Shown: piece by piece, positions 55,942-57,757 of the stretch
Layout of the letters: each line of letters opens with the position of its first letter
Numbering within the stretch: the first letter of the stretch is position 1
Source of the DNA: Bacilli bacterium
Lineage (GTDB): Bacteria; Bacillota_I; Bacilli_A; RFN20; CAG-826
Reading direction: 5' to 3'
Length of the DNA stretch: 57,757 bases
Assembly: GCA_017534425.1 (NCBI GenBank)
Contig: JAFXWB010000052.1
Location: 1 to 57,757 of the forward strand
Made by a program: the position numbers and the translations under genes
Notes under the pieces: generated by a model
The model's database searches: none
What the model was told of the DNA's origin: nothing
What the model saw: the letters and a program-made list of their open reading frames with translations, nothing else

Positions 55942-57757
55942 ATGGCATACGGATTACTTTTAGACTTCTTATACGGTCAAACAATTGACTCGTATAAATT
56001 TTTCGGCGCTCACTTTGAAAAGAAGGGCCGTGTAAAGGGTGTAACGTTTAGACTTTACGCACCTTGTGCAAGCGATGTTTCAGTTATTGGTCAGTGGAAC
56101 AACTGGGATGTAACAAAAGATAAACTTGCGAAGATTGATGATTGTGGTGTTTGGGAGATTTTTATCCCTCATTTAAATAACTACGAATCATACAAATTCC
56201 ATTTTAAAAATGCTTATGGTCAATATGCAGATAAGGCTGACCCATGTGCATTCTATAGCGAACTTAGACCAAATACATGTTCAAGACTTTTCGATTACCA
56301 AGGATTTAAATGGAATGATGAAGCTTGGATGACGACTAGAACTCGTAACTTTGACAAAGCAATGTCAATTTATGAAATGCACCTTGGCTCCTGGATTGGA
56401 CATGGTGAGAATGACAGATATTTCTCATATGAAGAAATTGCTGATAAATTAGTTCCTTACCTTAAAGGTATGGGCTTTACTCATGTCGAGTTTATGCCAT
56501 TAATTCAACACCCATTTGATGGTTCTTGGGGTTATCAAGCAACCGGATTCTACTCTGTAGATTCTAGATACGGAAATCCACATCAATTAATGAGTTTAGT
56601 TAATAAACTTCACCAAGCCGGTATCGGTGTCATATTAGATTTCGCTCCAGTTCATTTTGCAAGTGATTCCTGGGCATTAGCAAACTTTGATGGTGCTTAT
56701 TTATTTGAATCTAGCCCATCTAACGTATCTCCATGGGGTTCAAGTTACTTTGACTTAGGAAAAGATCCAGTTAGATCATTCCTTATGTCAGCGATGAACT
56801 ATTTCATTACTGAATACCATATTGATGGTATTAGAGTTGATGCTGTCTCAAATATGCTTTTCTATGAAGGCAATAAAGATAGAGGCCGTAATGAAGGCGC
56901 AATTGAATTCTTAAAAAGACTTAACTGCAAGATTCACGATAGACATTGCTCAGTTATGATGATTGCAGAAGATTCTTCTGATTTCCCAAGAGTTACTAAA
57001 CCAACAACTGAAGACGGAATTGGTTTTGACTATAAGTGGGACTTAGGTTGGATGAATGATACATTAAAGTATTACTCTAAAGACCCAATTTATAAGAAAT
57101 ACGAACATAATAAGCTAACATTCTCAATGGCTTATTACTTCAATGAAAACTTTATGCTTCCGTTCTCACACGACGAAGTCGTGCATGGTAAAGGAACCTT
57201 AATGAATAAGCTTTGGGGCGATTATGTCCAGAAGTTTATGCAATTTAGAAACTTACTTACCTATCAATATGCTCACCCAGGTAAGAAACTTAACTTTATG
57301 GGTAACGAACTTGGTACATTCGATGAATGGAACGAAATTAAATCATTAGCGTGGAACCTTAAAGCTTATCCAATGCACGATAGTTTAAGCAGAATGTTTA
57401 GAGATTTAAATGAAATTTATAAACATCACTCTGCAATGTATTTAAATGAATATAATCCAAATAACTTTAACTGGTTAATGGTCGATAATTCAGATCAAAG
57501 CGTATTCGCATTTGAAAGATTTAACGAAGATGAAAGATTGCTCTTTGTCTTCAATATGACTTCAAATTATTATGATTTCATAGAAATCCCAGTTACTGAA
57601 CCAGGATGGTATGAAGAAATATTTAATTCCGACAAAGATATTTATAGTGGCGCTAACCAATATAATGGAGCAGCATGTGAAACATCTCCAAATGGTCCAT
57701 ATGGTAGACCACATAAGATAACAATTAAACTTGCTTCATTTGGAGCATGTATATTCA
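55942..57757 (+). CDS. glgB: 1,4-alpha-glucan branching enzyme, partial (runs off the window end)
   Basis: Manual translation: MAYGLLLDFLYG...FGAH...FRLYAP...IYEMHLGSW...SWGYQ...DGIRVDAVS...IAEDSS...LPFSHDEVVHGKG...HPGKKL.FMG. Confidence 0.96.
   Translation, partial: MAYGLLLDFLYGQTIDSYKFFGAHFEKKGRVKGVTFRLYAPCASDVSVIGQWNNWDVTKDKLAKIDDCGVWEIFIPHLNNYESYKFHFKNAYGQYADKADPCAFYSELRPNTCSRLFDYQGFKWNDEAWMTTRTRNFDKAMSIYEMHLGSWIGHGENDRYFSYEEIADKLVPYLKGMGFTHVEFMPLIQHPFDGSWGYQATGFYSVDSRYGNPHQLMSLVNKLHQAGIGVILDFAPVHFASDSWALANFDGAYLFESSPSNVSPWGSSYFDLGKDPVRSFLMSAMNYFITEYHIDGIRVDAVSNMLFYEGNKDRGRNEGAIEFLKRLNCKIHDRHCSVMMIAEDSSDFPRVTKPTTEDGIGFDYKWDLGWMNDTLKYYSKDPIYKKYEHNKLTFSMAYYFNENFMLPFSHDEVVHGKGTLMNKLWGDYVQKFMQFRNLLTYQYAHPGKKLNFMGNELGTFDEWNEIKSLAWNLKAYPMHDSLSRMFRDLNEIYKHHSAMYLNEYNPNNFNWLMVDNSDQSVFAFERFNEDERLLFVFNMTSNYYDFIEIPVTEPGWYEEIFNSDKDIYSGANQYNGAACETSPNGPYGRPHKITIKLASFGACIF

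Overview
Low-GC chromosomal window from a Firmicute. It reads as a reduced Bacilli/Mollicutes-like lineage (inference), and the codons checked fit standard code 11. Positions 1-38.7 kb are mostly housekeeping: thrS (partial, T-box), dnaB-dnaI flipped in place behind a DnaA-box cluster, a mutM-coaE fusion, polA, dnaE, nrnA, ackA, dimeric dUTPase, a DinJ-YafQ toxin-antitoxin pair, DUF523, a YgjP-like gene, trmH, two paralogous repeat lipoproteins, pheST (T-box), yceD, a minimal rsmH-ftsA-ftsZ division cluster, ileS (T-box), lspA, rluD, rnhC, mutS2 and uvrC. A tandem-RhuM/PLD-like gene sits between rnhC and mutS2. Both of its RhuM domains carry a DNA palindrome at the same homologous, codon-registered position although the encoded peptides differ. 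Positions 38.8-57.8 kb form a starch/alpha-glucan locus: an anchored surface protein, then a ~15 kb operon under cre/LacI-type operators, then glgB. The operon encodes non-catalytic Ig-stalk lipoproteins with SusE/F-like and CBM26-like modules, a lipoprotein GH13 amylase, a type I pullulanase and a maltodextrin ABC transporter whose ATPase has an in-frame TAG. No rRNA, tRNA, CRISPR array or transposase was seen. All domain calls are by eye, not from database searches.
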